Notes under the pieces: generated by a model
Seen by the model: the letters and a program-made list of their open reading frames with translations, nothing else
The model's database searches: none
Told to the model about the DNA's origin: nothing
Part shown: positions 26,521-36,900 of the stretch, one piece after another
How the letters are laid out: each line of letters opens with the position of its first letter
Numbering within the stretch: the stretch's first letter is position 1
From: Phycisphaerae bacterium
GTDB lineage: Bacteria; Planctomycetota; Phycisphaerae; UBA1845
NCBI GenBank assembly: GCA_028282665.1
Contig: JANQHN010000321.1
Span: 1-58,144, forward strand
Direction: 5' to 3'
Length of the DNA stretch: 58,144 nt
Position numbers and translations under genes: made by a program

Positions 26521-27516
26521 TTACCAATCCTTCTTCTCATTACGCGGCGCCGGCTGGGCGGGCACGTACTCGACACGGTCCTGTTTACGGCGGCGCATCT
26601 CGTCGATCAGTTGACGCAATTGACGCAAGGCCTGCTCCAGCGACTCCTCATTGGGCTCGGCCTGCTGCGGCGTGGCTTGTGGTTGTTGTTCATCCTCACC
26701 TTGTGGCGCCTGCTGCCGCTCAGTCTCCTGCGCTTGATCCCGTTGCTGTTGATCTTGATTTTGCTGCGATTCCTGTCGCTCGCTGGATTGGTCCTGCTGT
26801 TGTTGATTCTGCTGGCTTTGTTGCTGATCCTGTTGTGGGTCCTGTTGCTCTTGATTGTCGTTTTGTTGTTGATCCTGCTGTTGTTGCTGCTGGATCTCCT
26901 TGAGTTGTCTCCAGACAGTGCCAGCCTTGTAATTGGCTTCCCGGGCGGCAGCGTGACCAGGGTTGGCCCCCAATACATCCTGGTAACCACGCATGGCGCG
27001 TTCGAACGAACTGATCGCTGCCTGCGGGTCGTCGCCCTGTTCGAGCGCTTGCAAGTGATCCGCCGCAGCCCGAGCGAACATCGCGTCATCCGCCAGCTTG
27101 CGATCTTCACCATAAGCAGCCTTCTCAAACGCGGCGCGCGCTTTGTCGTATTCTTTTAGGCGTAAATGACCAAGGCCCGTGTTGAAATCGATCTCCTTAG
27201 CGTCCGGCAGCTTTTCACGAGCAGCCAAGTATGCATCCAACGCTTCACGAAGTTTTTCCGCCTCAAATAGCGCGTTTCCTTCACTCACAAGTTTACGCGC
27301 GTTCGCCCGTTCGGAACGCGAAGCAGGTGCCTCTCGATCCACTTCTGATGCAGTTGCCGGATCGGCAGATTGTGTTTCTTCCGTCCTTCCCGGTTCATTA
27401 GCGATGGGCAAATTGCTCGAACTCGATGTAGCTTGCGCGTAACCGAGATCCGGCGACATCAACAATCCGCCTGCGACGCAAAAAGCGAACAAGGCGTATC
27501 GGCTGCATTCGCTCAT
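26521..27516 (-). CDS. batC: BatC-like TPR protein with Q-rich C-terminal tract
   Basis: 331 aa from ATG 27516 (ATGA overlap with the batB stop, GGAGGGAG upstream). Has a signal peptide, TPR units (LVSEGNALFEAEKLREALDAYLAAREKLPDA...), then ~80 aa dominated by Q/D/E. Confidence 0.75.
   Translation of the reverse strand: MSECSRYALFAFCVAGGLLMSPDLGYAQATSSSSNLPIANEPGRTEETQSADPATASEVDREAPASRSERANARKLVSEGNALFEAEKLREALDAYLAAREKLPDAKEIDFNTGLGHLRLKEYDKARAAFEKAAYGEDRKLADDAMFARAAADHLQALEQGDDPQAAISSFERAMRGYQDVLGANPGHAAAREANYKAGTVWRQLKEIQQQQQQDQQQNDNQEQQDPQQDQQQSQQNQQQQDQSSERQESQQNQDQQQRDQAQETERQQAPQGEDEQQPQATPQQAEPNEESLEQALRQLRQLIDEMRRRKQDRVEYVPAQPAPRNEKKDW
26661..26895 (-). repeat. coding low-complexity CAG/CAA (Gln)-rich tract
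   Basis: The plus strand is ctg/ttg-rich (ctgctgttgttgattctgctggctttgttgctgatcctgttg...). It encodes QQQQQQDQQQNDNQEQQDPQQDQQQSQQNQQQQDQ... Confidence 0.8.
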
Positions 27517-28679
27517 GATTCTCCCTCCTGCTGCCACGTTCGCGTTGGCAGGTCTGCAGTCGATCTGCGCCGCTCGCTAATAAACGGCTCAACGCACAGC
27601 AGTGCAATGCAGGCTGCAAGAAACCATTGATAGCGTGGCCTGGTTCGCTCGCGACGTTCGGTCGTCAACAACTCCCGGTGCATATCCGCGATCCCCTCGA
27701 CCACCCAGGACAGGTGCTCCAAGGGGGTATAACGTCCTTCACCCACTTCCGCGATGCGAGACAAACCCTGCGGGTCGATTTTGGAAAAGACGATTTTACC
27801 TTCGTACACGAGCGGCTTGGCTTTAGGTGTGTCATCGCTAGGCACTTCCGCGCCGGCGGCCAGCGTCGGATCCCCCGCTCCAACAGTGAAGGTTCGCACA
27901 CCGTCTTCCTGATAGACGGTCTGGGCGGCGGCAATGGGGTCGCCCTCGTGATCCTCGCCGTCTGTAACGATCAAGATAATTTTTGTCGCCTTTTCCGGCG
28001 AGGAAGCGAAAAACTCGGCGGCGGCGTAGATCGCTTCCGCGATCGCGGTTCCACCTTGAGGCGCGCTGCGAATGTCAACCTTATCCAACGTATCACGGAA
28101 AAAAGCGTGGTCGAGACTTAAAGGCACCTTCATCGAAGTGGCTCCCGCGAACACGAGCAATCCCAGCCGGTTCGATCGGTTGAACAGATTCCGCTCGGTC
28201 AATTGCCTTCGAAGTTCTTCTTTGGCGCGGGTAAGGCGGTTGGGCGAAAGGTCGCGGGCGAGCATCGAACGTGACACATCCAGGGCAACCACGACATCCA
28301 CGCCATACGCCTCTTCCTCCTCGATGTACACTCCCCATCGCGGCCCGACAATTGCGGCAATGAGCAGCACAAATGCCGTCATCACCAAGCAGGCGCGAAC
28401 GACCTGCCTGCTGGAAATAAATCGTGTACCCAACAGCGGCGCGAGCGCAGCAGAAGTGAATCGAGTAAGTGCCCTCCGTTTGCGATACAGCCCCCACACA
28501 TAGAGCAAGCTGGCTATCGGAACTACGCATATCAGCCACAAAAGATCGAAATTGTCGAAAGGCCAATCTCCAATCTCTGTGAGCAAAATTGCGCAAAGAC
28601 CCGCAAACGCCAACGCGACGGGCCAAATCAGCACCCACACAACCCAGGCTGCTTTTGCGTATATCTTTTCTGGCGTCAC
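27513..28679 (-). CDS. batB: VWA domain protein BatB
   Basis: 388 aa with N-terminal TM helices and a VWA MIDAS motif (VVVALDVSRSM ... IILIVTDGEDHEG). Four-nt overlaps on both sides. Confidence 0.85.
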   Translation of the reverse strand: MTPEKIYAKAAWVVWVLIWPVALAFAGLCAILLTEIGDWPFDNFDLLWLICVVPIASLLYVWGLYRKRRALTRFTSAALAPLLGTRFISSRQVVRACLVMTAFVLLIAAIVGPRWGVYIEEEEAYGVDVVVALDVSRSMLARDLSPNRLTRAKEELRRQLTERNLFNRSNRLGLLVFAGATSMKVPLSLDHAFFRDTLDKVDIRSAPQGGTAIAEAIYAAAEFFASSPEKATKIILIVTDGEDHEGDPIAAAQTVYQEDGVRTFTVGAGDPTLAAGAEVPSDDTPKAKPLVYEGKIVFSKIDPQGLSRIAEVGEGRYTPLEHLSWVVEGIADMHRELLTTERRERTRPRYQWFLAACIALLCVEPFISERRRSTADLPTRTWQQEGES

Positions 28680-29773
28680 GGCACCGTCCTAAATCGCGTA
28701 TTGATCAACAGCACCTCAAAAAACAGTAAACCCAATCCAATGAGCATCGCGTATCGCGCTGCCTGCGTGTCATCGCGATACGCACGATCGCCGGTAGCCT
28801 GCCGTTCAAGCTTGTCGATCTGCTCGTAAATTTGCGTGAGTGAACGAGTATCCATCGCTCGGAAATACGCGCCGCCGGTAGTGCTGGCGATACGCTTGAG
28901 CGTGGGTTCATCCACACGGTCAGTTCGACCAAATCCGGGTAACATCCTTGTCTGCCCAATGGCACCGATTGTGTAAATCTTGATGTCAAATTTTGCCGCA
29001 AGCTTGGCTGCCTCGACCGGATTGGGTACGGATTCCCGGAATTCCCTAGGTGGATTGTCAGACCCATCCGTGAGCAGGATCATCACTTTGCTCTTCGCGG
29101 CCTCTGCGCCGGGCAATCCCAAACGTGCTTGCTCACCCGCTCGACGCAGTTCGTGCGTTGCGAGAGTGATGGCGCTCCCCAACGACGTGTGCATGGATTC
29201 AGGATGTTCCCATCGCTGTTGTCCGTTGATCCACCCGGGGATTTCCGTCGCTCTTAACAACTCGGCAAGGTTGGCATGATCGAGAGTTAGCGGGCATCGC
29301 GTATCGGCGTAGTAAGCAAACGTCGTCATACCAATAAGATCGTTAGGCCTGCCCGGGAGCCTGTCGGTCCCGAGCACAAAATCGCGAAACACCTTCTTCA
29401 CCGCGTCAATGCGGCGGACCCGCTTGCCGTCGATGACAAAGTCCTGATCGGACATGCTGCCCGATACGTCGAGAACCATCTGAATCGCAATACCTTCCCG
29501 CGATTCCGCAACCTCTCCACCCATCTTCGGTCGCGCGAGGGCAAAAACCAGAGCAAGGATCGCACAGATGCGGATAAAAGGTACAATCCAACGAATACGT
29601 GTGACAAAGCTGGGTGAGACGCGCTTTACGAAGGCCAATGATGAGAACCTTATCGTTGGTGGCTTAGTCGCAAGATAACGAACCCATATAAGCGGTGCGA
29701 ATAACAAAAACACTACACAAAGCACACCGAAGATAAATCCCGGTTGAAAACGTTCGAACAATTGATCGATCAT
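28676..29773 (-). CDS. batA: VWA domain protein BatA
   Basis: 365 aa from ATG 29773 (ATGA overlap with the upstream stop). Has TM helices, VWA motifs (IQMVLDVSGSM ... VMILLTDGSDN) and a C-terminal TM. Confidence 0.85.
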   Translation of the reverse strand: MIDQLFERFQPGFIFGVLCVVFLLFAPLIWVRYLATKPPTIRFSSLAFVKRVSPSFVTRIRWIVPFIRICAILALVFALARPKMGGEVAESREGIAIQMVLDVSGSMSDQDFVIDGKRVRRIDAVKKVFRDFVLGTDRLPGRPNDLIGMTTFAYYADTRCPLTLDHANLAELLRATEIPGWINGQQRWEHPESMHTSLGSAITLATHELRRAGEQARLGLPGAEAAKSKVMILLTDGSDNPPREFRESVPNPVEAAKLAAKFDIKIYTIGAIGQTRMLPGFGRTDRVDEPTLKRIASTTGGAYFRAMDTRSLTQIYEQIDKLERQATGDRAYRDDTQAARYAMLIGLGLLFFEVLLINTRFRTVP

Positions 29774-31032
29774 CGCCGCGCCTCCTCCAAAGTGGATGCA
29801 GGCACTTCCGCCGGAGACGATGTCGCGTCCAAACACTCAGCCTCGCCCGGAGACGGTTTCGTTTCGTGAACGAAACGGGCGGCAGCCGTAACGCCATTGT
29901 CGCACTCCTCGACGGCCGGTTCGTGCAACGCGTACTTCGCAAGCTCTGCCGCAGTCAAAAATGCACTCAGGTAATCCCGTTGAAGACCGGTGAACCGGGT
30001 CGTACGTGAAACTTCGACGAGAAATTCCTCGGTTGTCATCTCAGGAGCGAGCAGCATGAAACGGCGTTCGATGTACTCGCGTACGATCGCGGAGAGGCGA
30101 TAATAGTACTCCTGAATCATGCCCTTCGCAGGCAGGTTTTGTTCCTTCAATTTCTCGAGTTGTTGCAAAGCGTATTTGTGTGGCGCGATCGGAGTCGCCA
30201 TGCGAATCTTTCGGTACGTGAGCCAATAAACGATAGCCCAAATTAATACCCCCATCACCAAACACCCACCTGCGAAGATCGCCGGCAACAACCACCAGTG
30301 CCTTTGCAAAATGCTCGGTTCAGCGGTCAATTCGACCGGCATTGGCAGGGGCACATCGTTCACGTCCTCACTAATGAGCGTTTCCTTTTCCGGTTCTTTA
30401 ACGGTGATAAGAAACTCGTCAAGATGCAATTCGCACGTCACCGCTGATGGCATGCCCGTTTCAGGCTGCGATTGCTTATCGCCAGAAGCTTTGTCACTCG
30501 TTTCACCTTCGTCTTTTGGCGAGGCAGTTCTCGGCGTGTAGTTCGCTCGCATGTCCAGCGGCCCAATTTCGTATTCCCCCGGGAGGAAGAAATCGACCGC
30601 GATGGTTCGTCGCTTGGCGAGCCGACCATCGTCGAGAACGATGTCGGGCGACTTGAGTGTCGAGTTGATTTTATATTCAAACGGCTTGTCGGCAAACAAC
30701 TTTTCTACCGGATCGAACGAAAAGGTCGAGCCCACCGGCATGATCGCTTCCACTTCGACTTGAAGCAACTCACCGAAGGTCAGCGCATCTTGACGAACGC
30801 GAAAACTCAACTCGAACGGATCAGCCACAGCCTGACGTTTGATGGCGTGGTCGACTTTCTCAGCCACAGAATTCGCAGACGGACCACATCCCGCAACCAC
30901 CAGAAGAAACGCGAAAGCGGCACAGTCGAGACGCAAAGCGCACAGCCTCCACACTCGCCGATCAAATCGGCGCGAATCCTTCGCTCGACAACGGACGATA
31001 CATCCTACGATGAGGCTCGTCGGATTTCGCAA
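29770..31032 (-). CDS. membrane/lipoprotein of the Bat operon (DUF4381-like position)
   Basis: 420 aa from TTG 31032, with AAGGAG 9 nt upstream. Has the lipobox LLVVAGC, a mid-protein TM (WWLLPAIFAGGCLVMGVLIWAIVYWL) and a helical cytoplasmic tail. The start is uncertain (alternative GTG 30954). Confidence 0.6.
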   Translation of the reverse strand: MRNPTSLIVGCIVRCRAKDSRRFDRRVWRLCALRLDCAAFAFLLVVAGCGPSANSVAEKVDHAIKRQAVADPFELSFRVRQDALTFGELLQVEVEAIMPVGSTFSFDPVEKLFADKPFEYKINSTLKSPDIVLDDGRLAKRRTIAVDFFLPGEYEIGPLDMRANYTPRTASPKDEGETSDKASGDKQSQPETGMPSAVTCELHLDEFLITVKEPEKETLISEDVNDVPLPMPVELTAEPSILQRHWWLLPAIFAGGCLVMGVLIWAIVYWLTYRKIRMATPIAPHKYALQQLEKLKEQNLPAKGMIQEYYYRLSAIVREYIERRFMLLAPEMTTEEFLVEVSRTTRFTGLQRDYLSAFLTAAELAKYALHEPAVEECDNGVTAAARFVHETKPSPGEAECLDATSSPAEVPASTLEEARR

Positions 31033-31086
31033 TGCTCAACACTCCTTGCGATTATCTCTTTGTTTGCGGATGCTCAATGTCGCCGC

Positions 31087-31965
31087 CTAAATTCGCGCCT
31101 CTCGCCTTCGAAAAAAACGAACAATCGGCTCCACATAGGATTGATCCGTACGAATGTCGATGCGGTCGGTATCCATTTTCCGGAACATCTCGTCGAGCCG
31201 TCGCGCGTGCTCCGCCGCTTGCAGCGCGAAACCACGGCGAATGAATCGGCTTTGAGTGTCCACGATCATCGCCTCGCCAGTCTCCGCGTCGTGCAGTTCC
31301 ATCAGGCCTACCCCGGGCAATTCCATCTCTCGCGGATCGGTAATCGTAATCGGAATCAGGTCGTGCCGACGGCGCGCGATGCGCAGTTGTCCCTCATAAG
31401 CGCCCGCGTCTACAAAGTCGCTGACCAGAAAACAGACTGATTTGCGAATGGTCACGCAGTTAAGAAACGTCAACGCCTCGCCTATATTCGTGCCTCTGCC
31501 CTCCGGCGTATGGTAGAGCAGTTCACGCACGATGCGTAACACGTGTTTCGTACCCTTCTTGGCAGGAACGTACTTTTCAACGGTATCCGTGAAGAGAATC
31601 AAGCCAACCTTATCGTTGCTGCGAATGGCGGAGAAGGCGAGCACCGCACAAAGCTCCGCCGCTAAATCGAGCTTGAATTGCTGCACACTCCCGAATAGGC
31701 CCGAACGACTTACGTCGACGACGAGCATCACCGTCAGTTCCCGCTCCTCGCGGAACTTCTTGACGTATGGATCACCGAACCGCGCCGAAACATTCCAATC
31801 AATAAGCCGTACGTCATCGCCAATCTGATAGGGCGTAACTTCCTCGAACTCCATACCCCGCCCGCGAAACGCAGAATGATACTGTCCCGCCAACACATCG
31901 TTGACGGTTTTTGATGTTCGTATCTGGATCTGGCGGACTTTGCGAAGTAACTCCTTGCTAATCAT
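31087..31965 (-). CDS. DUF58 domain protein (MoxR-associated)
   Basis: 292 aa. MISKELLRKVRQIQIRTSKTVNDVLAGQYHSAFRGRGMEFEEVTPYQIGDDVRLIDWNVSAR is the DUF58 signature. Confidence 0.85.
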   Translation of the reverse strand: MISKELLRKVRQIQIRTSKTVNDVLAGQYHSAFRGRGMEFEEVTPYQIGDDVRLIDWNVSARFGDPYVKKFREERELTVMLVVDVSRSGLFGSVQQFKLDLAAELCAVLAFSAIRSNDKVGLILFTDTVEKYVPAKKGTKHVLRIVRELLYHTPEGRGTNIGEALTFLNCVTIRKSVCFLVSDFVDAGAYEGQLRIARRRHDLIPITITDPREMELPGVGLMELHDAETGEAMIVDTQSRFIRRGFALQAAEHARRLDEMFRKMDTDRIDIRTDQSYVEPIVRFFRRREARI

Positions 31966-31995
31966 TGCAAATCCTCGGCAATCGCAAATTCACAA

Positions 31996-32994
31996 TCAGG
32001 GAACGGGAACATGGTCGAGAATTGCGCGAACGACATCTTCGCTGGTCTTCTCTTCAGCCTCAGCTTCATACGTAATGATAATACGATGCCGTAGCACGTC
32101 TTTGGCGATGTCTTTGACGTCCTGCGGCGTGGCGTAACCGCGACCGGCGAGGAACGCACACGCCTTCGCGCCGACCGTGAGGGCTAAAGTAGCGCGGGGC
32201 GATGCGCCGTACTGGACCCAATCCGCGATGGGCAGGTTAAACGCGCTCGGCTCGCGCGTCGCCATCACAAGGTCTACGATGTAGTCCTTGATCTTATCGT
32301 CGATGTAAATCTCGTCGACAATCGCGCGAGCGGCGACGATTTCTTCAGGCGAGAGAACCGCATCAATCTCGAACTGCGGTGAGGTCGAACCCATACGGTC
32401 CAGAATCGCCCGCTCGTCCGCCTTGGATGGGTAACCGACCACCAGTTTCATCATGAAGCGGTCAATCTGCGCCTCAGGCAGCGGGTACGTGCCTTCCTGC
32501 TCGATTGGGTTTTGCGTCGCCATCACCAAGAACGGTTCGTCGAGCTTAAAGGTCTCCTTGCCGACAGTAACCTGCCGTTCCTGCATCGCCTCGAGAAGTG
32601 CGGACTGCACTTTGGCGGGAGCACGGTTGATCTCGTCTGCAAGGATGATATTCGCAAAAATGGGCCCCTTCTGAACGACAAACTCACCATCACTTTGCCG
32701 GTAGATAAGGGTTCCGATTAAGTCCGCAGGCAACAGGTCCGGGGTGAACTGCAAACGTTGAAAGCTTGTCCGGATACCCTTCGCGAGACAGGTAATGGCT
32801 GTGGTCTTCGCCAAACCCGGTACGCCTTCCACCAAAAGATGCCCGTTGGACAACAAACCAATCAACATACGATTAAGCAGATGGTCTTGCCCGACAATCA
32901 CGCGGTGCATCTGTTGGAGCAATTGGGCGAAAGGCTCGCTCCTTGTTTTGACTTCTTCACCAATCCGCTTGATGTCGAGTTCACTTGTCACCAT
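31996..32994 (-). CDS. MoxR-family AAA+ ATPase
   Basis: 332 aa from ATG 32994, with AAGGAG 9 nt upstream. Has GHLLVEGVPGLAKT (Walker A), ILADEINRAP (Walker B) and LEAMQERQVTV. Confidence 0.9.
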   Translation of the reverse strand: MVTSELDIKRIGEEVKTRSEPFAQLLQQMHRVIVGQDHLLNRMLIGLLSNGHLLVEGVPGLAKTTAITCLAKGIRTSFQRLQFTPDLLPADLIGTLIYRQSDGEFVVQKGPIFANIILADEINRAPAKVQSALLEAMQERQVTVGKETFKLDEPFLVMATQNPIEQEGTYPLPEAQIDRFMMKLVVGYPSKADERAILDRMGSTSPQFEIDAVLSPEEIVAARAIVDEIYIDDKIKDYIVDLVMATREPSAFNLPIADWVQYGASPRATLALTVGAKACAFLAGRGYATPQDVKDIAKDVLRHRIIITYEAEAEEKTSEDVVRAILDHVPVP

Positions 32995-33909
32995 GAAAGG
33001 GGACTCCTTCAAATCGTTCTTCTCTTGAAAAATTCACCCTGGATTGGGCACTGGTTTGCGGGTCGTGCTCCGCCCGCGGATAGAGACGCAATGTAACGAA
33101 GATACCTGTCAATGGGGCAGTTGAAACGTCGGCGCGGTACAATCTTGTGACACTTTCCAATTGACACACCGCCCCGCAGAAAGTGACACTGCAATATGCG
33201 CGTGATTAATCGCTCTTCCAGACAACAGCGGGCTGACAAGCGGTTCAACTTCAACCACATCCCCAATGCGCAAATAGCGATTTGTCAAAGAGACCGGCAG
33301 GTAAGTATTTGAGAGTATTTTACGAACTATTAACTGTATCTCAACGGACTACCTTGAGCAAGCCAATCTGGATTTGATATAGTGTCCCTTTAGCTTAGGG
33401 CGTTCTTCAACGAATTTAATATCACCATCATGATGTCTATTTTAACGGTGTATGGTGAGTTGAATTAAGGAGTGATCTTGAACAGCAATGGCAAGGTATC
33501 CCGCTGATGCCTTTAGTAAGTGATCCATTCGTTCAACATAGATCATTCATGCGGTGATAGACACGCTCGCAGCCGACAAAAGGACGACAGGGAATGGGCA
33601 ACTGTAAGGAAGCCTCGGGTCGGGCTTCCGAAACGGACTCACCGGTTTCAATTCTGATTCTGCGTGTATGGACGAAATCGCCATCCTAGCGCAAGAAGAA
33701 ACAGTCGTCTACAAAAGTATGCGGTCTCGCGCGGTCTCTTCGCGCACATGACTTATGGCTATGGAAGGATTCGTGAGCACAAGTGCAATTTGTGGTTCTA
33801 GGGTCGTGTGGCGGATTGTACTGGTAGAAACGAAGTCCCACGAATGAACTGGGGCTCATGGATGAAACACAGCGTCCCCTTCGCTTGGGACTGGAGGTGG
33901 AGGAAAATT

Positions 33910-36900
33910 ATGACAAACCGAGTCATTTGGGCAGTCGGCGTGCCTATGGTTTTTGCGTTTTTAGGTATTCTCTCGACGCAGATTAACGTTTTCGATTTTG
34001 AACAAACGGCGAACGCGCAGCTAGCTCCAGGGGCTTCTAACGAAATAGGTGATCCTCCCTCGACACCAAGCCATTCTCCGACTCAAAGCGAAGAAGTGAA
34101 AGAACCAACCGAACCTGCCCATAACCAAAACACTGACAACTTCGCACCGCGCGCGCTGCCGGTGGCAGATGCGAGCGGTCCATACGTTTGTCTTCCGGAA
34201 AATCGTGACGACGCCGGTTGGACGTTTACGTTCGACGGCAGCGGTTCCTCAGCTGACGGTTTTATCGAAAACTGGCTTTGGGAATTTCCAGTTCAGACAT
34301 TTGATGGGCATTGGCTGAACACTTACGAATGGATCACCCTTAGCGCGTACAACGATGATGCACTACATTTGCGTGGCACCAACGCTTGGAGTTCCGCTTA
34401 CGCTGTAACCAGAGAAAAAATCGTTCGCCAAGAGGGCGCCTCATTTCGCGCTCGCGTGACGTATCACGGCACTGACACCGTATGGGGATTCAAAAACACC
34501 ACTAACATCTACCATCACAACGCATTTGACTACGGCATCTATTTGCACTCGGACGGTAACCTCTACGTTTACGAGAATGGTGCAAATCGCGGGTTGCGAG
34601 GCAATTTCACCATTGGCGAGCCGATCGATCTGCGTGTTGATTTAAAGCAGGATGGTGGAGCGATTTATTACGCGAAGTATCCGGAGGAAGATTGGGAAGG
34701 ACACATTATCTACGATTCGACTCATTCGACCTTGAATCTTCTCCGTGCAGGTGCCACGGTCCACAACGGCCTGCTTATGATTGACGACGTACAACTCTTC
34801 CTCGGTGGCGAGACTGTTTCGCACAAAGTATACGAGCCCGGCACCGTCACACTGACGGTGACCGACGATATCGGTCAAAAAGCCAGCGACATCGCGGAGA
34901 TCGTTGTCGAAAATCCGGAATTGACTCCCGACGCGGGCGGTCCCTATATGGGAACGGAAGCCACGCAGGTCGACGCAGGATGGATCTTCGACTTTGACGC
35001 AAGCGCCACATTGACGCCATTCGAAATTATTGAGACTCACTGGGATCTTGGCTACGACACCTTCCCAGGGCAGTGGCTCAATCCTTACAAGTGGAACTCC
35101 GCTGGTGTCTACGCAAACGACGGCGCCATCCTGAATGGCCCGAACAACTGGAATCACACCCACCTTGTCCGTCAAGACGCCATTCCTCGAACAACGGGCG
35201 CGTTCGTGGAAATTCGGGCAACATTGAACAATACCTACGCGGTATTCGGCCTGAAAGCAGACACGACGATCTACCATTACAACCAGTACCATTACTGCAT
35301 CATGTCCTCCACGGACAACCAGATATACATTTACGAAGGTGGTACTCATCGAGCAACGCCAGCCAGTTACATTCCGGGCGAAGTTTACGATCTTCGAATT
35401 GAGGTGAAACAAGATCGGGGAGCCCGCTACTTCATGAAACTCGCAAGCGAGGAGGAGTGGGCCACGATTTATGATTCGCCTCACGACAATGCCATGTCGT
35501 TTCACCCGGCGGTCACGGTCCACACCGGTCAGTATGTAATCCACAGCTGGCAGGAATCGTTCTGGGGTAGCCCTGCCAACTACAAAATCTATGCCGAGAC
35601 CGCAGGCATGCTGACGGTGACAGATTCCAATCGTCAATCAGCCTCCGTTCCGTTCGATGTCGAAGTCGATCCTCCAACACCAACGGCCGATGCGGGCGGT
35701 CCCTACGCCATTTCCGAGGCTGATTTCGATACAGTTGTCAACGGTTACTTAGTAGATCTCGACGCAACCAATTCAACAGGCGGCCATGAGATTGTGCGGT
35801 ACGAGTGGGATTTCGGCCCGGATACCTTCGACGGCATGTTTTTCGATTTCGGCGCTTACTACGGCTCGGGTGCGTGGCAAAGTGACGGCGCGTACATCGC
35901 CGGTGTCAATGGGTGGAACAATCGCTACCTGTTTAGCAAACACCCTGTCGAGCGTGCTGGCGGCGCTTACGTGGAGGCCAGCATCGTCTCGGACGGCGGG
36001 CACGCCATGTGGGGCTTGAAGACGAATAACACGAACTTTCACTACAACCAGCTCGCTTACGCATTCTACTTCGTGAGTGGAGGACAAGTCCACATCTACG
36101 AAAACGGTACCTCCCGTGGGTACTTTGCCGACATCACGCCGGGCGAAACCTACCAGGTAGCCATCGTACTCAAGAATGTGTCCGGCGCTTCGTACTACCT
36201 CAAGCACGCAGACGATACGGATTGGACACTGGTCTACGACTCGGCCCACAGTTCGGTAAGCGGCTTGCTGCCAGGCGTTACAGTGAACAGCGGCGTGTTC
36301 AACATCGCCAGCCTATCCCAGACTTATTATGGCCCAACAACCCAGCACAGGATCAGCGAGCCGACAAGCGTTACACTAAATGTTGCCGACATTTTGAACC
36401 AGACTTCGACCGAGACCGTAGCCATCGACATCGTTGGCTCGGGTCCAATTGCCGACTCTGGCGGTCCACTCATGCTCAGTGAAGCGGAACTTTTGGGCTC
36501 AGGTTACGCTTCCTTGGCGCTGGACGCTTCCGGCTCGAGCGACGACTTCGAAATTGCCAAGTACCAGTGGGATCTGGGCACATTGACGTTCGATGGACAA
36601 CTCCACAGTCAAGTATGGCTTTTTGCCGGAGCAAACGTCAGTGGAGGCGAACTGCAACTTACGGGTACAGGAGGATGGGGCGGCCATCACTTCTTTAGTC
36701 GAGTGCCGGCCGTCCGCGCAGATGGCACGATCTTCGAATGCAAGGTCAGACCGGGCAATGGCGTGGCGATGTTCGGATTCAAGAACACCTCGACCAACTA
36801 CAGCTACACGCAATTGCCTTACGCAATCTACTTCAACAATTCAACTGCATATATCTACGAGGACGGCGCATCGCGAGGCGCGGTAACCGGTTACGATCCA

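Noticed and set aside
33009-33266. An 85-aa minus-strand ORF (and 32981-33169) at the moxR-proximal end of the long spacer.
   Set aside because: It overlaps the moxR start region, is Cys/Arg-rich with no motif, and has no SD. It is most likely non-coding promoter/leader DNA.
34642-35637. Long antisense ORFs inside the giant gene: 34642-35637 (331 aa), 40975-41700, 43108-43890, 44680-45696 (338 aa), 46912-47589, 47866-48459 and 48535-49242.
   Set aside because: All lie opposite an uninterrupted, domain-rich sense frame. Their translations are R/V/G/H-rich with no recognisable motifs. They are what D/T/V/G-rich sense codons produce in reverse complement.
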